Shown in pieces: positions 45,315 through 55,496 of a DNA stretch of 57,267 nucleotides. Below the pieces are notes generated by a model. That model was given only the letters and a program-made list of their open reading frames with translations, made no database searches and was not told where the DNA came from. A program made the translations under genes and the position numbers. How positions within the stretch are numbered: the first letter of the stretch is position 1; the number at the start of each line of letters is the position of its first letter. The stretch comes from Candidatus Berkelbacteria bacterium. GTDB lineage: Bacteria; Patescibacteriota; UBA1384; 2-12-FULL-50-11. The stretch is taken from NCBI GenBank assembly GCA_024654065.1, contig JANLIQ010000056.1, positions 1 through 57,267 of the forward strand, read 5' to 3'.

Positions 45315-46484
45315 CTACGGGAAGATGTAGGTGACGTTGCCGTAGAGTGTTGGATTCACCCCCAGTCGCTCACCGTAGCTTCGTGAGACCGACCAGTTGT
45401 ACTCTTCGATATCGATAGTGCCGTTGGCGTTAACGCGATTAACCCAAGCGGCGTGACCATAAGGCCGGTTCGGTCCAGTCGGTATTGAGATGACGGAATT
45501 AGCCCGGGGGGTAGAGCTCGTTTGGAAGCCTTGGTCACGAGCAAGGGCTGGCCAGTTCCAGGCGCTGCCCTGACCGGGACGAGTATTGTAAAACACCAAC
45601 CCAAATTCGGCTTGAAATTTCCAGGCGGCAAAAGAGGTGCACTGACGCTTGTAATACAGCCAAGGATCAACGGCGTAGGCATCAGGTTCATTTGCCCATG
45701 GGTAGCCTCCGGTACCGCCAATTAGCAACTGTCCGTTACCGGATTGTCGACGGGCATCGTAAATAGCTTGGCTGATCGACTCTTGCTCGTTCTGAAGCTG
45801 CTTAAGTAGGGCTTCGTACTGAGCTTGCTGGCCTTGTGTTTGCAGTAAAAGATAATTCTTTTGTGTTCGACGACTATTTAAGGAGTTCTTAGATTTAGTT
45901 AGGTCTTGCTTCAAACTAACTAAACCTGTTTTTTGAGCAACACTTTCATTTTTTTTGCCCTCAAGCTCAGTCTTAGCGGTGTTGGTTTTATCTATATTCC
46001 CTTGAAGCTCGGTTTGAAGAGACTGGATATATTGTGACTGTGAAACCATCTCCGTCAGGGAAGATGAGGCTAATATTGTATCGAGTGGGCTAGCCTGAGA
46101 AAGCTCATAAAGTGAGATGTAAGCGTTACGTAATTTTAGCTGCAACCCATCAAGTTCAGTCTGGGTTTGGTCTATATCAACAGCCAATTCATTAATTACC
46201 TCCTCGGTAACAGCTATCTGAGCTTCAGTATTAGTAATGTTGTCCTGGGTCTCGGCAATATCCTGATCAAGCCCACCAACAATTCCCGTAAGATCGTTAA
46301 CGACCCCCTTGGTTTGTTCGAGTTTCTTTTTGTTCTCATCTGCCTTACGGCGCAAGTCAGCCTGACGCTGGAGAAGTTGGCTCAGGCTTTCGGCATTAGC
46401 CTGAGGAGGGTACAGCAAACCGATCAACCCAACCACGGCGACGAAAATGATCACTATCCTTGCCAGACGTCCTCCGATTATCAT
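45315..46484 (-). CDS. PcsB-like coiled-coil + CHAP domain peptidoglycan hydrolase
   Basis: Signal/TM segment, a Q/L/E-rich coiled coil of about 220 aa, then a CHAP domain (QCTSFAAWKF ... GHAAWVNRVN). It lies directly downstream of ftsE-ftsX on the same strand. Confidence 0.8.
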   Translation of the reverse strand: MIIGGRLARIVIIFVAVVGLIGLLYPPQANAESLSQLLQRQADLRRKADENKKKLEQTKGVVNDLTGIVGGLDQDIAETQDNITNTEAQIAVTEEVINELAVDIDQTQTELDGLQLKLRNAYISLYELSQASPLDTILASSSLTEMVSQSQYIQSLQTELQGNIDKTNTAKTELEGKKNESVAQKTGLVSLKQDLTKSKNSLNSRRTQKNYLLLQTQGQQAQYEALLKQLQNEQESISQAIYDARRQSGNGQLLIGGTGGYPWANEPDAYAVDPWLYYKRQCTSFAAWKFQAEFGLVFYNTRPGQGSAWNWPALARDQGFQTSSTPRANSVISIPTGPNRPYGHAAWVNRVNANGTIDIEEYNWSVSRSYGERLGVNPTLYGNVTYIFP

Positions 46485-46554
46485 GACCTACTTAGTGTAA
46501 CAGAGAAGTCAATGCAAATAATGTCGAACTTGCAAGATTACACCCTATAACCAA

Positions 46555-47469
46555 CTAAGCCTTAAGGAATCTTCTGACAGATATTGAACTGACGATAACA
46601 CCGAGTAGAACGCCTATCGCTAACTGGATACCAATCAGTGTCCAGAGATTTACCAGTATTAATTGGAAGAAATCGACACCAAAACTAGCAAAAACACTGT
46701 TTATAGTCGACGAGACAAGATAGGCAATTAGCAATAGAAAGATTGTTGTGAAAAGCGTTCCTAGAACCCCATAGAGAATTCCTTCGACAATGAATGGGCC
46801 TCGAACAAAGGCATTAGAGGCACCCACATAGCGCATAATCTCGATCTCATCCGATCGGGCATTAATAGTAATCCGGATGATATTCATGACATTGAAGACA
46901 GCTATTATGCCAAAGAATACACTTAGGAAAAGTCCAGCTCGTTGAACAAACTTAGTAATAGATAACAAACGATCAACGGTTTCTTTGTTTTTGGAGTACG
47001 ACACACATTCATTGCAAACAATCTTCTGACTATCCTGGATGGCAATAGTCGTAATTAAGCTCTGGATATTGTCGGGATTAGTCGTTCGGATCTGTAAACT
47101 TCGAGGAAGGGGATTGTAGGATTCCCCAACGGGACGTTTTATATTTTCATTGATTGGTAGGCGATTCCAGATCGAAAGTGCCGCACGTTTATCCGTAAAA
47201 GAAACTTCGGCTACCCCATTCTGCAACTTAATCCGATCTCCCAGCGCGGTAATATCACCGTCTGATACCGCATCATCACGAAAATATATCGTAAGATCTA
47301 TCTTTGAGCGGATTGTAGTTGCTAAATCTCTTACAATTAGACTTAGAACTAAAGATACCGAGATCATTATTAGCGTTAAGGTCATTAAAAGCGTTGCACC
47401 AAGAGTTAACCAGCGATTACGCCAGAAATTGGTATAACCCAACTTCACAATCCTTTGGAAGGTTTCCAT
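46555..47469 (-). CDS. ftsX: Cell-division ABC transporter permease-like protein FtsX
   Basis: 304 aa with TM1, an extracellular domain and three further TM helices, plus the conserved EIEIMRYVGA motif. It is coupled to ftsE with a 1-nt overlap. Confidence 0.85.
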   Translation of the reverse strand: METFQRIVKLGYTNFWRNRWLTLGATLLMTLTLIMISVSLVLSLIVRDLATTIRSKIDLTIYFRDDAVSDGDITALGDRIKLQNGVAEVSFTDKRAALSIWNRLPINENIKRPVGESYNPLPRSLQIRTTNPDNIQSLITTIAIQDSQKIVCNECVSYSKNKETVDRLLSITKFVQRAGLFLSVFFGIIAVFNVMNIIRITINARSDEIEIMRYVGASNAFVRGPFIVEGILYGVLGTLFTTIFLLLIAYLVSSTINSVFASFGVDFFQLILVNLWTLIGIQLAIGVLLGVIVSSISVRRFLKA

Positions 47470-48218
47470 TAGATGACGTACTTTCCAGTTTTTTGATCGC
47501 TAACTAACTTACCGGACTTCATAAGTAAGACTCGTTTTTGAACCCGGTCCACTGCCTGTCGATTATGTGTCGCTAAAATCACGGTCGTTCCTTTTTGATT
47601 AATCCTATAAAGCAAATCTATAATTTCAAAAGTATTAACCGGGTCTAGATTTCCAGTCGGCTCATCTGCAATTAATAGTTTAGGCGCGTGAACTAAGGCT
47701 CGAGCGATAGCAGCTCGTTGACGCTCACCACCAGAGAGCTCGTTTGGATAATTATTTTTACGGCGCCCCAAATTAACTAAATCTAAAACTTTTTCGACCC
47801 TTCTTAAGATATCTGCTCGAGCTACTCCACAAACTTCAAGGGCAAATGCAACGTTCTCGAAAACTGTTTTTTGCGGTAAGAGTTTAAAGTCTTGGAAAAC
47901 GACTCCTATTTTTCGACGGTAGTACGGCAACTCGCTACCACGAAGATCTGCTAAATTACGGCCGGCGACAAAAACCGAGCCAGAGGAGGGGGACTCTTGC
48001 TTTGTAAGAAATTTAATTAAAGTAGTTTTACCAACTCCCGACTGCCCAACTAAACAGACAAACTCCCCCTCATAGATCACCAGCGTCACGTCACTCACTG
48101 CGGCCCGATTACCGTATTTTTTAGTTGCCGCTTTCATCTCAATTAACGGCACCCTTACCTTGGGGTTAGTTATGGGTCTGGTAAGTTTTGGCGAACCAAC
48201 AGTTAGAATCTCTTGCAT
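47469..48218 (-). CDS. ftsE: Cell-division ATP-binding protein FtsE
   Basis: Walker A GQSGVGKTT, signature LSGGERQRAAIARAL, Walker [14 protein letters not shown]-loop ATHN. Confidence 0.9.
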   Translation of the reverse strand: MQEILTVGSPKLTRPITNPKVRVPLIEMKAATKKYGNRAAVSDVTLVIYEGEFVCLVGQSGVGKTTLIKFLTKQESPSSGSVFVAGRNLADLRGSELPYYRRKIGVVFQDFKLLPQKTVFENVAFALEVCGVARADILRRVEKVLDLVNLGRRKNNYPNELSGGERQRAAIARALVHAPKLLIADEPTGNLDPVNTFEIIDLLYRINQKGTTVILATHNRQAVDRVQKRVLLMKSGKLVSDQKTGKYVI

Positions 48219-48264
48219 TACCTTGAGGATACCAGGGCTGACTGAAAGTAAAAAGACTTCAGAG

Positions 48265-49641
48265 TCACAAGAAGATAGCGTAAATGGTTGCGAGTCCCGT
48301 GATAATCATTAACCCGGTAGCAATCCATCCCAGGACTGTGGTTACAGGATGATTAACCCTCGCGCCCATGATCGCTTTTTTACTACCGATCAAGACAATT
48401 AGAACCATAACAATTGGGGCAACTAAGCCATTCAGAACGGCTGAGTAGATAAGGGCCTTAATAGGGTCCAGCCCCACGAAGTTAAGCAAGACTCCGACGA
48501 TCATCGCAATAATTATTACCCCATAAAACGCATATGCTTCTTTCAAGTTTCGGTACAACCCTTCTTTCCATCCGAACGCTTCCGAAATGGCATAGGAGGC
48601 ACTGCCAGCTAAAACCGGGATACCGAGCAATCCCACACCAAAGATGCCAAGAGCAAACAGCAGGTAGGCCCAATCTCCCGCTAATGGCCTAAGTGCAGCA
48701 GCGGCATCAGCAGCAGTGCCGATGTTGGTAATACCGTTACGGAATAGTGTCGCTCCTGTGACGATAATAATAAAGAACATTACAACGTTAGAGAGCAACA
48801 TTCCCGACCAGTTATCTATACGCATATTACGAATCTCTTTGTCCGTGACAGCCACTCTTAGTTCTTGGTGACGATGACCGTTCCTCTGGATGGATTCTTC
48901 AACCTCCTGGCTAGTTTGCCAGAAAAACAAATACGGCGAGATTGTTGTTCCAAGGATTCCGCAGATCAAAATGATTTGCTCTTGGGTAAAAGTGACTGAT
49001 GGTACAAGAGTGCTCTTAAGAACTGACCACCAATCAATATCTTTTACGAGGAAGGCTGTAACTATATAAGACAGAATTAATAGTGTTAGATATTTTAAGT
49101 ATTTGGCGTAGAGACGATATGAGATAAAAATCTGCATTAGGACGCAGAGTAAGGCAAAGAAAATTACCAAAGCTGAGTAATTGAATTCTGGTTTAATCAG
49201 TTGTGCTGCTTTGGCCAACGCACCTAGATCGGCGCCAATGTTAAAAGTATTAGCTCCGAAGAGTAACCCGGCACATAGGTATAGCACCCAACGTGGAAAA
49301 GTAGATCTGATATTGGCCGCTAATCCCCTTCCTGTGACAAGCCCGATTCGAGCACACATTTCCTGGACCAGGCCCATAAGCGGGAAGGTAAAAGCAGCAA
49401 GCCAAGCAAGCTGGAAACCATACTGGGCACCAGTTTGAGAATATGTTGCAATCCCTGACGGATCATCATCTGCGGCACCGGTAGTTAATCCCGGTCCTAG
49501 TATTTTCCAGAATTTTTTTACCTTTCGGAACGGTTCTTGTTTCCCTATATCTGCCACTGCAATCTCAGCCCCTATAATGGTTTCCTCAACGGCCTTGGCT
49601 GGAAGTTCAGCAATTTCTTCGACAATATTCTTCTTAGCCAT
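48265..49641 (-). CDS. NRAMP-family divalent metal cation transporter
   Basis: About 11 TM helices. The N-terminal GPGLTTGAADDDPSGIATYSQTGAQYGF matches the Nramp DPGN-type motif region. Confidence 0.8.
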   Translation of the reverse strand: MAKKNIVEEIAELPAKAVEETIIGAEIAVADIGKQEPFRKVKKFWKILGPGLTTGAADDDPSGIATYSQTGAQYGFQLAWLAAFTFPLMGLVQEMCARIGLVTGRGLAANIRSTFPRWVLYLCAGLLFGANTFNIGADLGALAKAAQLIKPEFNYSALVIFFALLCVLMQIFISYRLYAKYLKYLTLLILSYIVTAFLVKDIDWWSVLKSTLVPSVTFTQEQIILICGILGTTISPYLFFWQTSQEVEESIQRNGHRHQELRVAVTDKEIRNMRIDNWSGMLLSNVVMFFIIIVTGATLFRNGITNIGTAADAAAALRPLAGDWAYLLFALGIFGVGLLGIPVLAGSASYAISEAFGWKEGLYRNLKEAYAFYGVIIIAMIVGVLLNFVGLDPIKALIYSAVLNGLVAPIVMVLIVLIGSKKAIMGARVNHPVTTVLGWIATGLMIITGLATIYAIFL

Positions 49642-49681
49642 TAGTTTTCATCATTACAAAAAACACTCCTTGGAAGCAAAC

Positions 49682-50485
49682 TTAGCTAGCAAGTTCTCTA
49701 AGATCTTTTTCAATTACTTTTGCCGCAAGGGGGTCGAAGATCTGGAGCAGTACCTGATACTTTCCGTAAGCCTCATTAGCTTTCTTTTGATCTCCCAGCT
49801 CCCCGTAAATTGCAGAAAGTAAACCGTGAAGTTGAGCGAGACGACGACCGTAATCGCTACCCGGGTGTTCGGCCAAATACCATCCCAGAGATTCTTCGGC
49901 CCAATCTCGTGCTTTCTCAAAATTTCCAAGTTTAAATTGGATTCGAGCCCCATCAAGTAATGTTGTTGAGCGAAAAAACCCTGCCGAAGGATCGTTTTTA
50001 AAGAGGTTGAGGGCCTTCTCTATAAATGGCTCCGCTTGTTTAGGTAGATTTTGCTTGTAAAAGTGAAGTCCAAGCTTGTCATACGTAACGGCTAGCTCTC
50101 CAAAGAATTCTGTTGGTTCTAATGTCTCGATGGCTTTTTGAAAATAGTTAACAGCGGTTTGGGAATCTTGAGCATAATCTGCGCAACTAGCAATGTCCCT
50201 ATAGAGCCCTCCAAGCATTTTTCGATCGCCCAATGTTCGGTATATCTCCTCTGCGGATGCAAAATAATTCAAGGCGTCTCGATAGTAAGAGCTTTCTATA
50301 CTAAGAACAGACTCTTTTGCTGCTACTCCAGCCAAATGGAATGCACGGGCACGGAAAAAGTTTTCGTGATTATCCGACGCCAGAGAAACAATTTCTTTGT
50401 ACGCCTTAATCGCCTCATCAACTTGTGCACTGTTTCTCAACCGATCGGCCTGAGCTAATAAATCTTCAAAGTCTATACTGGGCAT
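49682..50485 (-). CDS. TPR-repeat protein
   Basis: 267 aa with repeated A..Y......A......A...F..A motifs of about 34 aa. It abuts the secA stop. Confidence 0.6.
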   Translation of the reverse strand: MPSIDFEDLLAQADRLRNSAQVDEAIKAYKEIVSLASDNHENFFRARAFHLAGVAAKESVLSIESSYYRDALNYFASAEEIYRTLGDRKMLGGLYRDIASCADYAQDSQTAVNYFQKAIETLEPTEFFGELAVTYDKLGLHFYKQNLPKQAEPFIEKALNLFKNDPSAGFFRSTTLLDGARIQFKLGNFEKARDWAEESLGWYLAEHPGSDYGRRLAQLHGLLSAIYGELGDQKKANEAYGKYQVLLQIFDPLAAKVIEKDLRELAS

Positions 50486-53074
50486 CTAGCCTAGGTGATG
50501 TGTGGCGTTTATTAATCCACACTGTTTGTACTTATATGGTCTCTTTGTTGCTGGATTCACCGCGCCACAAGGGCATGGATCGTTACGGCCAACTTTTTTA
50601 CTATGTCCAAGCGCAGTTGCTGACGGTTCAGAAGGGTCGTTAGTTATCAGTTGCTGTGGGGTTTTCTCGACTTTAACTGGTTCGTTACTCTCTATTTGGG
50701 CACGAAGCAGCAAGTCGACAATCTGGGTATCAACTGCCCCTTGGAGCTGAAGAAAGATATCATAGGCTTCGCGTTTATACTCAACAATCGGCTCTCTTTG
50801 GCCGTAACCACGCAAACCAATACTTTCACGCAGCGCCTCCATCGTTTTCAGATGCTCAATCCACATCGTATCTATAATTCGCAAACTTACTGCCCTCTCA
50901 ACATCGAGCTGAAGTTCTTTTGGCCAGGAATCATATTTCTGCTCATAGGCAGCTTTCTGTTCAGGATTCATAAGTGAGGTTAATTCGTCATGTAACACAG
51001 CCGCTTGATCAGGCTGGGTTCTTACGATCCGGTCTCGACGACGATAAATTGCTTCACGATGCTTATTCATTACGTCGTCGTACTCAACCAACTGTTTACG
51101 AATATCGAAGTTGTGGGTTTCTACCTTGGTTTGTGACTGTTCGATCGCTTTTGAAAGAAGAGAGTTATTGATACTAACATCATCTGGAATCTTAAGTCTC
51201 TCCATCAAACTCTTCATCTTTTCGCCACCGAAGATACGCATCAAATCATCATCCATCGAGACAAAGAACTGGCTAACACCAGGGTCTCCCTGGCGACCAG
51301 CTCGACCACGTAGCTGATTATCTATACGACGAGATTCGTGTCTTTCTGTTCCAATAACGAACAATCCACCGAGCTCAACTATTTGTTCGTGGTCAGTTTC
51401 CCATTTCTTGAATTCCGACTTTCCTTTGTCGTTTGAAGGTGGTTGTCCGCCCAAAATAATGTCCACCCCTCGGCCAGCCATATTTGTTGCAACCGTTACG
51501 CCACCAAGTCGTCCCGCTTCGGCAACAATCGCGCCTTCTTTTTGATGGTGCTTAGCGTTTAGGACTGTGTGGTTAATCTTTGCTGCTTTTAAGTATTTAG
51601 AAATCTTTTCAGATTTTGCGATTGAAACAGTTCCAACTAAAACTGGCTGCCCTACCTCGTTTAATTCTTTGATAAGGTTTGTAGCAGCCTGGAACTTAGC
51701 ATCTTCTGTCTTAAAAATAACATCTTGGCGATCTATTCGAACCAGAGGTCGGTGGGTTGGAATAGTGACTACCTCCAAACTGTAGATCTTAGAAAATTCC
51801 TCCGCTTCAGTTACTGCAGTACCAGTCATACCTGAAAGCTTGGCGTAAAGCCGGAAGTAATTCTGAAAAGTAATTGTAGCTAACGTTACAGACTCTTCTT
51901 GGACCGAGACACCTTCTTTTGCCTCTATGGCTTGGTGCAGGCCTGCGGAGTAACGACGGCCGTGAAGCATTCGTCCAGTGAATTCATCAACAATGATAAT
52001 CTCTCCATCCTTAACAACGTATTCTTTATTTTTATGGTAAAGAGTATATGCCTTTAGCGCTGAGTCAACGTGATGAACAAGCTCAACGTGCTCTGGCGCG
52101 TAAAGGTTTTCGATCCCGATTAACCCCTCTAGCTTTGTAATGCCTTCGCTTGTCAGGGAAGTGGCATGCGCCTTCTCGTCAACCGTAAAGTCAATTTCCG
52201 GTTTTAACTTACTAACAGTTTGGGCAAACTTGGCGTAAAGCTCCCCTGACTGAGAGCTTGGAGCTGAGATAATTAAAGGGGTTCTAGCTTCGTCGATTAA
52301 AATAGAGTCAACTTCATCGACGATAGCATATACTAACTCCCTTTGAGAAAGCTGACTCACAGATTGGGTCATATTGTCTCTCAGGTAGTCAAATCCAAAC
52401 TCGTTATTTGTACCGTAGGTAATATCTGCTCGGTAAGCTTCCTGTCTAGAAACTTCCCGGAAACAACGTAAGCGTTCGTCGCTTTCTCCGTTGTCGTGTG
52501 TTGGATCGTATATATATGAGAACTGCGGACCAATAACACCAACCTTCAGTCCCAGAAGCGAGTAGACTGGCCCTATCCAACCAGCGTCACGTCTAGCTAG
52601 GTAGTCGTTTACCGTTACTAGATGAGCACCCAGACCCGTGAGCGAATTAAGGTATAAAGGTAGGCTCGCTACTAGCGTTTTACCTTCACCCGTTTTCATT
52701 TCTGCGATCTGTCCTCGATGCAGAACCGCCCCTCCAAGAACCTGTACGTCGTAATGCCGCAAGCCTATTGCTCGTTTAGCTGCTTCACGCACCAGAGCAT
52801 AAGCATATGCTTCCTTTGGAGCCAATAACTCACTGATGACTTTCTTTCGCTCTTTGTTACGTTCCTGTCGATCATCAATCGCATTTGTTTCAGATATAAT
52901 CTCTGATGCCGATGCAGAGATAGTGCTCTTGAGTTCAGTAGATAATTTCGTTAGCTCAGAATCTGCAATAGACTCAAACTGACTCTCTAAAGAATTAGTC
53001 TCATCAACAACGTTCTGGTAACGACTAACCTCTTTTTTGTTGGCATCGCCAAACAGGCGCTCTAGAAAAGACAT
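50486..53074 (-). CDS. secA: Preprotein translocase ATPase SecA
   Basis: 862 aa with motifs MKTGEGKT, DEVDSILIDEARTPLIIS, TGMTGTA and NMAGRGVDI, and a C-terminal zinc-binding tail (CPCG...C). Confidence 0.97.
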   Translation of the reverse strand: MSFLERLFGDANKKEVSRYQNVVDETNSLESQFESIADSELTKLSTELKSTISASASEIISETNAIDDRQERNKERKKVISELLAPKEAYAYALVREAAKRAIGLRHYDVQVLGGAVLHRGQIAEMKTGEGKTLVASLPLYLNSLTGLGAHLVTVNDYLARRDAGWIGPVYSLLGLKVGVIGPQFSYIYDPTHDNGESDERLRCFREVSRQEAYRADITYGTNNEFGFDYLRDNMTQSVSQLSQRELVYAIVDEVDSILIDEARTPLIISAPSSQSGELYAKFAQTVSKLKPEIDFTVDEKAHATSLTSEGITKLEGLIGIENLYAPEHVELVHHVDSALKAYTLYHKNKEYVVKDGEIIIVDEFTGRMLHGRRYSAGLHQAIEAKEGVSVQEESVTLATITFQNYFRLYAKLSGMTGTAVTEAEEFSKIYSLEVVTIPTHRPLVRIDRQDVIFKTEDAKFQAATNLIKELNEVGQPVLVGTVSIAKSEKISKYLKAAKINHTVLNAKHHQKEGAIVAEAGRLGGVTVATNMAGRGVDIILGGQPPSNDKGKSEFKKWETDHEQIVELGGLFVIGTERHESRRIDNQLRGRAGRQGDPGVSQFFVSMDDDLMRIFGGEKMKSLMERLKIPDDVSINNSLLSKAIEQSQTKVETHNFDIRKQLVEYDDVMNKHREAIYRRRDRIVRTQPDQAAVLHDELTSLMNPEQKAAYEQKYDSWPKELQLDVERAVSLRIIDTMWIEHLKTMEALRESIGLRGYGQREPIVEYKREAYDIFLQLQGAVDTQIVDLLLRAQIESNEPVKVEKTPQQLITNDPSEPSATALGHSKKVGRNDPCPCGAVNPATKRPYKYKQCGLINATHHLG

Positions 53075-53077
53075 TAG

Positions 53078-54289
53078 TTAAATTCGCCAATGCCGAGGCA
53101 AATTAACGGTGCCATCCGGACGTTGGTTGTTTTCAATATATGAAATTAGTAGTCGTTCAGTTGCTAATGTCCCATTAAGAGTGTGGGCTAGCTTCTCCTT
53201 ACCATCCTGAGCGCGATATTTGATACTAAATCTACGGGATTGAAAGTCGGTACAATTACTTGCTGAATGTGTTTCTCGGTATCGTTTCTGAGAAGGGAAC
53301 CACGCTTCAATGTCATATTTCTTGGCCGCAGTTGGCCCTAAGTCCCCGCTACCAATTAGTATCTTTTGGTACGGTAGCCCTAACTTCTTAACAAAGCTTT
53401 CCTCCATAGAAACTAGAAATTCGTGTTCTTCAGCTGATTGTTCGGGAGTTGTTACAGACACCATCTCGACCTTGTCGAATTGATGCTGGCGGAACATTCC
53501 CTCGACGTCCTTACCATACGAACCGACCTCACGACGAAAACAGGTGGAAAAAGCGACTAAACGTATTGGCAATTCTTCTTCTCTGAAGGTTTTGTTAGCA
53601 AAAAGGGCGAGAAGAGTTTGTTCGGAAGTGCCGGGTAGAAGTAGCTCATCTCGTTCAACTTTGAAGAAGTCGTCTTTAAGAAACGGTAAGTAACCAGCCT
53701 TCTCAAGTGTTTCGGCCTTTGTCATCACTGGCGGAATAACAGGGGTGAATCCGTGACTGACAGCCATTCTCAAAGCTTCTCCCATTATTTGCAAGTGGGC
53801 CCAGGCAGCATTGCCTTTTAAATAACGATAGCGGGAACCAGACCAATCTGCAGCGGTTTTAAGATCGAGCCAACCTGCTTTAGTCATTAATTCGTGGTGC
53901 GGTCGTCCTTCCGCTAAACGAATTTTACCCACAGTCTCTACGACTTTGTTTGCAGACTCGCCCTCACCTACCGGCACATCATCACTCACTAGATTCGGTA
54001 AGGAGAGCAGGGCGCTTTTTGCGAGACTTTCTGCCTTCTTGAGATCCTCTTCAATAATGGAAATTTTTTTGTTAATTTCCTTAGCCTGCTTTAGAACGGC
54101 TGGAGTTGGCTTACCACCGCGACTAAGGGTATTTTTTTTGGCCCGGAGTGGCTCAACATCAGCCATTAGAGAACGCCACTTGGTATCAAGCTCAAGATAT
54201 TTAACAATTAGTTTCGGGTCCTCGCCGCGTTTGGTCAGCGACTCTTTAACAATCTCGGGATGTTGACGCAATAAATCACGATCAATCAT
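53078..54289 (-). CDS. serS: Seryl-tRNA synthetase
   Basis: N-terminal coiled-coil arm (MIDRDLLRQHPE...) and a class II core (FRRE, GSGDLGPTAAKKYDIEAWFP, NGTLATER). I prefer the Met at 54289; the tracked start at 54325 adds 12 non-conserved residues. Confidence 0.93.
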   Translation of the reverse strand: MIDRDLLRQHPEIVKESLTKRGEDPKLIVKYLELDTKWRSLMADVEPLRAKKNTLSRGGKPTPAVLKQAKEINKKISIIEEDLKKAESLAKSALLSLPNLVSDDVPVGEGESANKVVETVGKIRLAEGRPHHELMTKAGWLDLKTAADWSGSRYRYLKGNAAWAHLQIMGEALRMAVSHGFTPVIPPVMTKAETLEKAGYLPFLKDDFFKVERDELLLPGTSEQTLLALFANKTFREEELPIRLVAFSTCFRREVGSYGKDVEGMFRQHQFDKVEMVSVTTPEQSAEEHEFLVSMEESFVKKLGLPYQKILIGSGDLGPTAAKKYDIEAWFPSQKRYRETHSASNCTDFQSRRFSIKYRAQDGKEKLAHTLNGTLATERLLISYIENNQRPDGTVNLPRHWRI

Positions 54290-54440
54290 GCTGGTAGTGT
54301 ACCAAACCCCCTCCTGAAACGCCAAGGGTTGAACGATACAATCACACAGTATATTGAGTAAATACGATTAGCTAAGCTATTTTATCAACTTGAACAAACT
54401 CACATGCCCTAGATAGCCGATATAAGCAGCAGAAATATAC

Positions 54441-55496
54441 TTATAGCCGCGGTGCGATTTCTTTAACCTTTTGCGTCAACTTGTGCGAATCAGCGTGTCC
54501 GATGTGACCTAAGTACGAGGGTAGGGCCTTTTCGATATCTTCCGCCAAATCAGTTTTAAGTCTCTTTAACATCCGCTTAACGGTCTTCCGACGCGGTAGG
54601 CTGTAACGAGGGAGGGCGATATAGCCAACAAAGTCGATTCCTTGGGAGAGTTTCCGCAAAGAGACTTTATTCGGGTGGATTTGCAGTTTTAATCGTTCTT
54701 TAAGAAATAGGTTCAACTCGACCAAGCAGCCAAGCAGATAATCCGGATCGGTCGAGAGAATCACAAAGTCATCAGCGTAGCGTAAGTAGTATTTAATTCT
54801 TAGCTCATGATTCACGAACTTATCAAGCGGGTCCATGTAGACGTTTGCAAAAAGCTGACTCGTTAGGTTCCCAAGTGGCATTCCTTTGCCGGACGAGAAA
54901 TGAAAACTCTCAATAATTAGCTTTAACAATTGCAGCAGTCGCTCATCCGCAAGCCGTTCTCGTAATAGTTCTAACAGAACTTCATGGTCGATCGAATCAA
55001 AGAATTTTTTAATATCCATTTTGATTGCCCAGCAGGGACGAGTGTAATTGCCGCTAACCTCCCGGCTGAAGACAGCTACTCGCTCAAAAGCTTTGTGTGT
55101 ACCTTTGCTGTCACGGCAGGAATACGAGTCGAAAATGAAAATTTTATCAAAAGCCGTGTAGAGTCTTTGGTAGATGGCCTGATGGAGCAAACGGTCGCGG
55201 ACCGGCGCTTTGCTAATCATCCGCGACTTTGGATCGGTAATGCGAAACTGCTGATAACCGCCAGGTCGGTATATTCCGTTTTCCAAATCTTCATGAAGTT
55301 GAAAAACTTTGTCTTCAAGGCGAAATTCAAATTCTTGAATATCAGGTTTGCTCCGTTTGCCTTTCCGATAGTTCTTCCAGGCTAAGAATAGATTGTCTAA
55401 AGAGATAATTTGTGCAAAAGTTCCCTCATGGAACAAAACCCGGCTTTTAAGCCCCCCCCCCAACGGAATTTTCTCCACAGGGGAGATTCCGATCAT
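54441..55496 (-). CDS. DGR-type reverse transcriptase
   Basis: RT motifs are IKMDIKKFFDSIDH (motif 2/A), GMPLGNLTSQLFANVYM (the DGR-diagnostic [I/L]GxxxSQ motif) and YLRYADDFVILS (YxDD). There is no maturase/X or endonuclease domain. It is adjacent to the TR/VR pair. A possible alternative TTG start is at 55436. Confidence 0.9.
   Translation of the reverse strand: MIGISPVEKIPLGGGLKSRVLFHEGTFAQIISLDNLFLAWKNYRKGKRSKPDIQEFEFRLEDKVFQLHEDLENGIYRPGGYQQFRITDPKSRMISKAPVRDRLLHQAIYQRLYTAFDKIFIFDSYSCRDSKGTHKAFERVAVFSREVSGNYTRPCWAIKMDIKKFFDSIDHEVLLELLRERLADERLLQLLKLIIESFHFSSGKGMPLGNLTSQLFANVYMDPLDKFVNHELRIKYYLRYADDFVILSTDPDYLLGCLVELNLFLKERLKLQIHPNKVSLRKLSQGIDFVGYIALPRYSLPRRKTVKRMLKRLKTDLAEDIEKALPSYLGHIGHADSHKLTQKVKEIAPRL

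Noticed and set aside
54441-55496. The reverse transcriptase as a group II intron or retron RT.
   Set aside because: It has no maturase/X or endonuclease domain and no intron domain V/VI-like RNA flanking it. The GNLTSQ motif and an adjacent TR/VR pair with adenine-only divergence identify it as a DGR RT.
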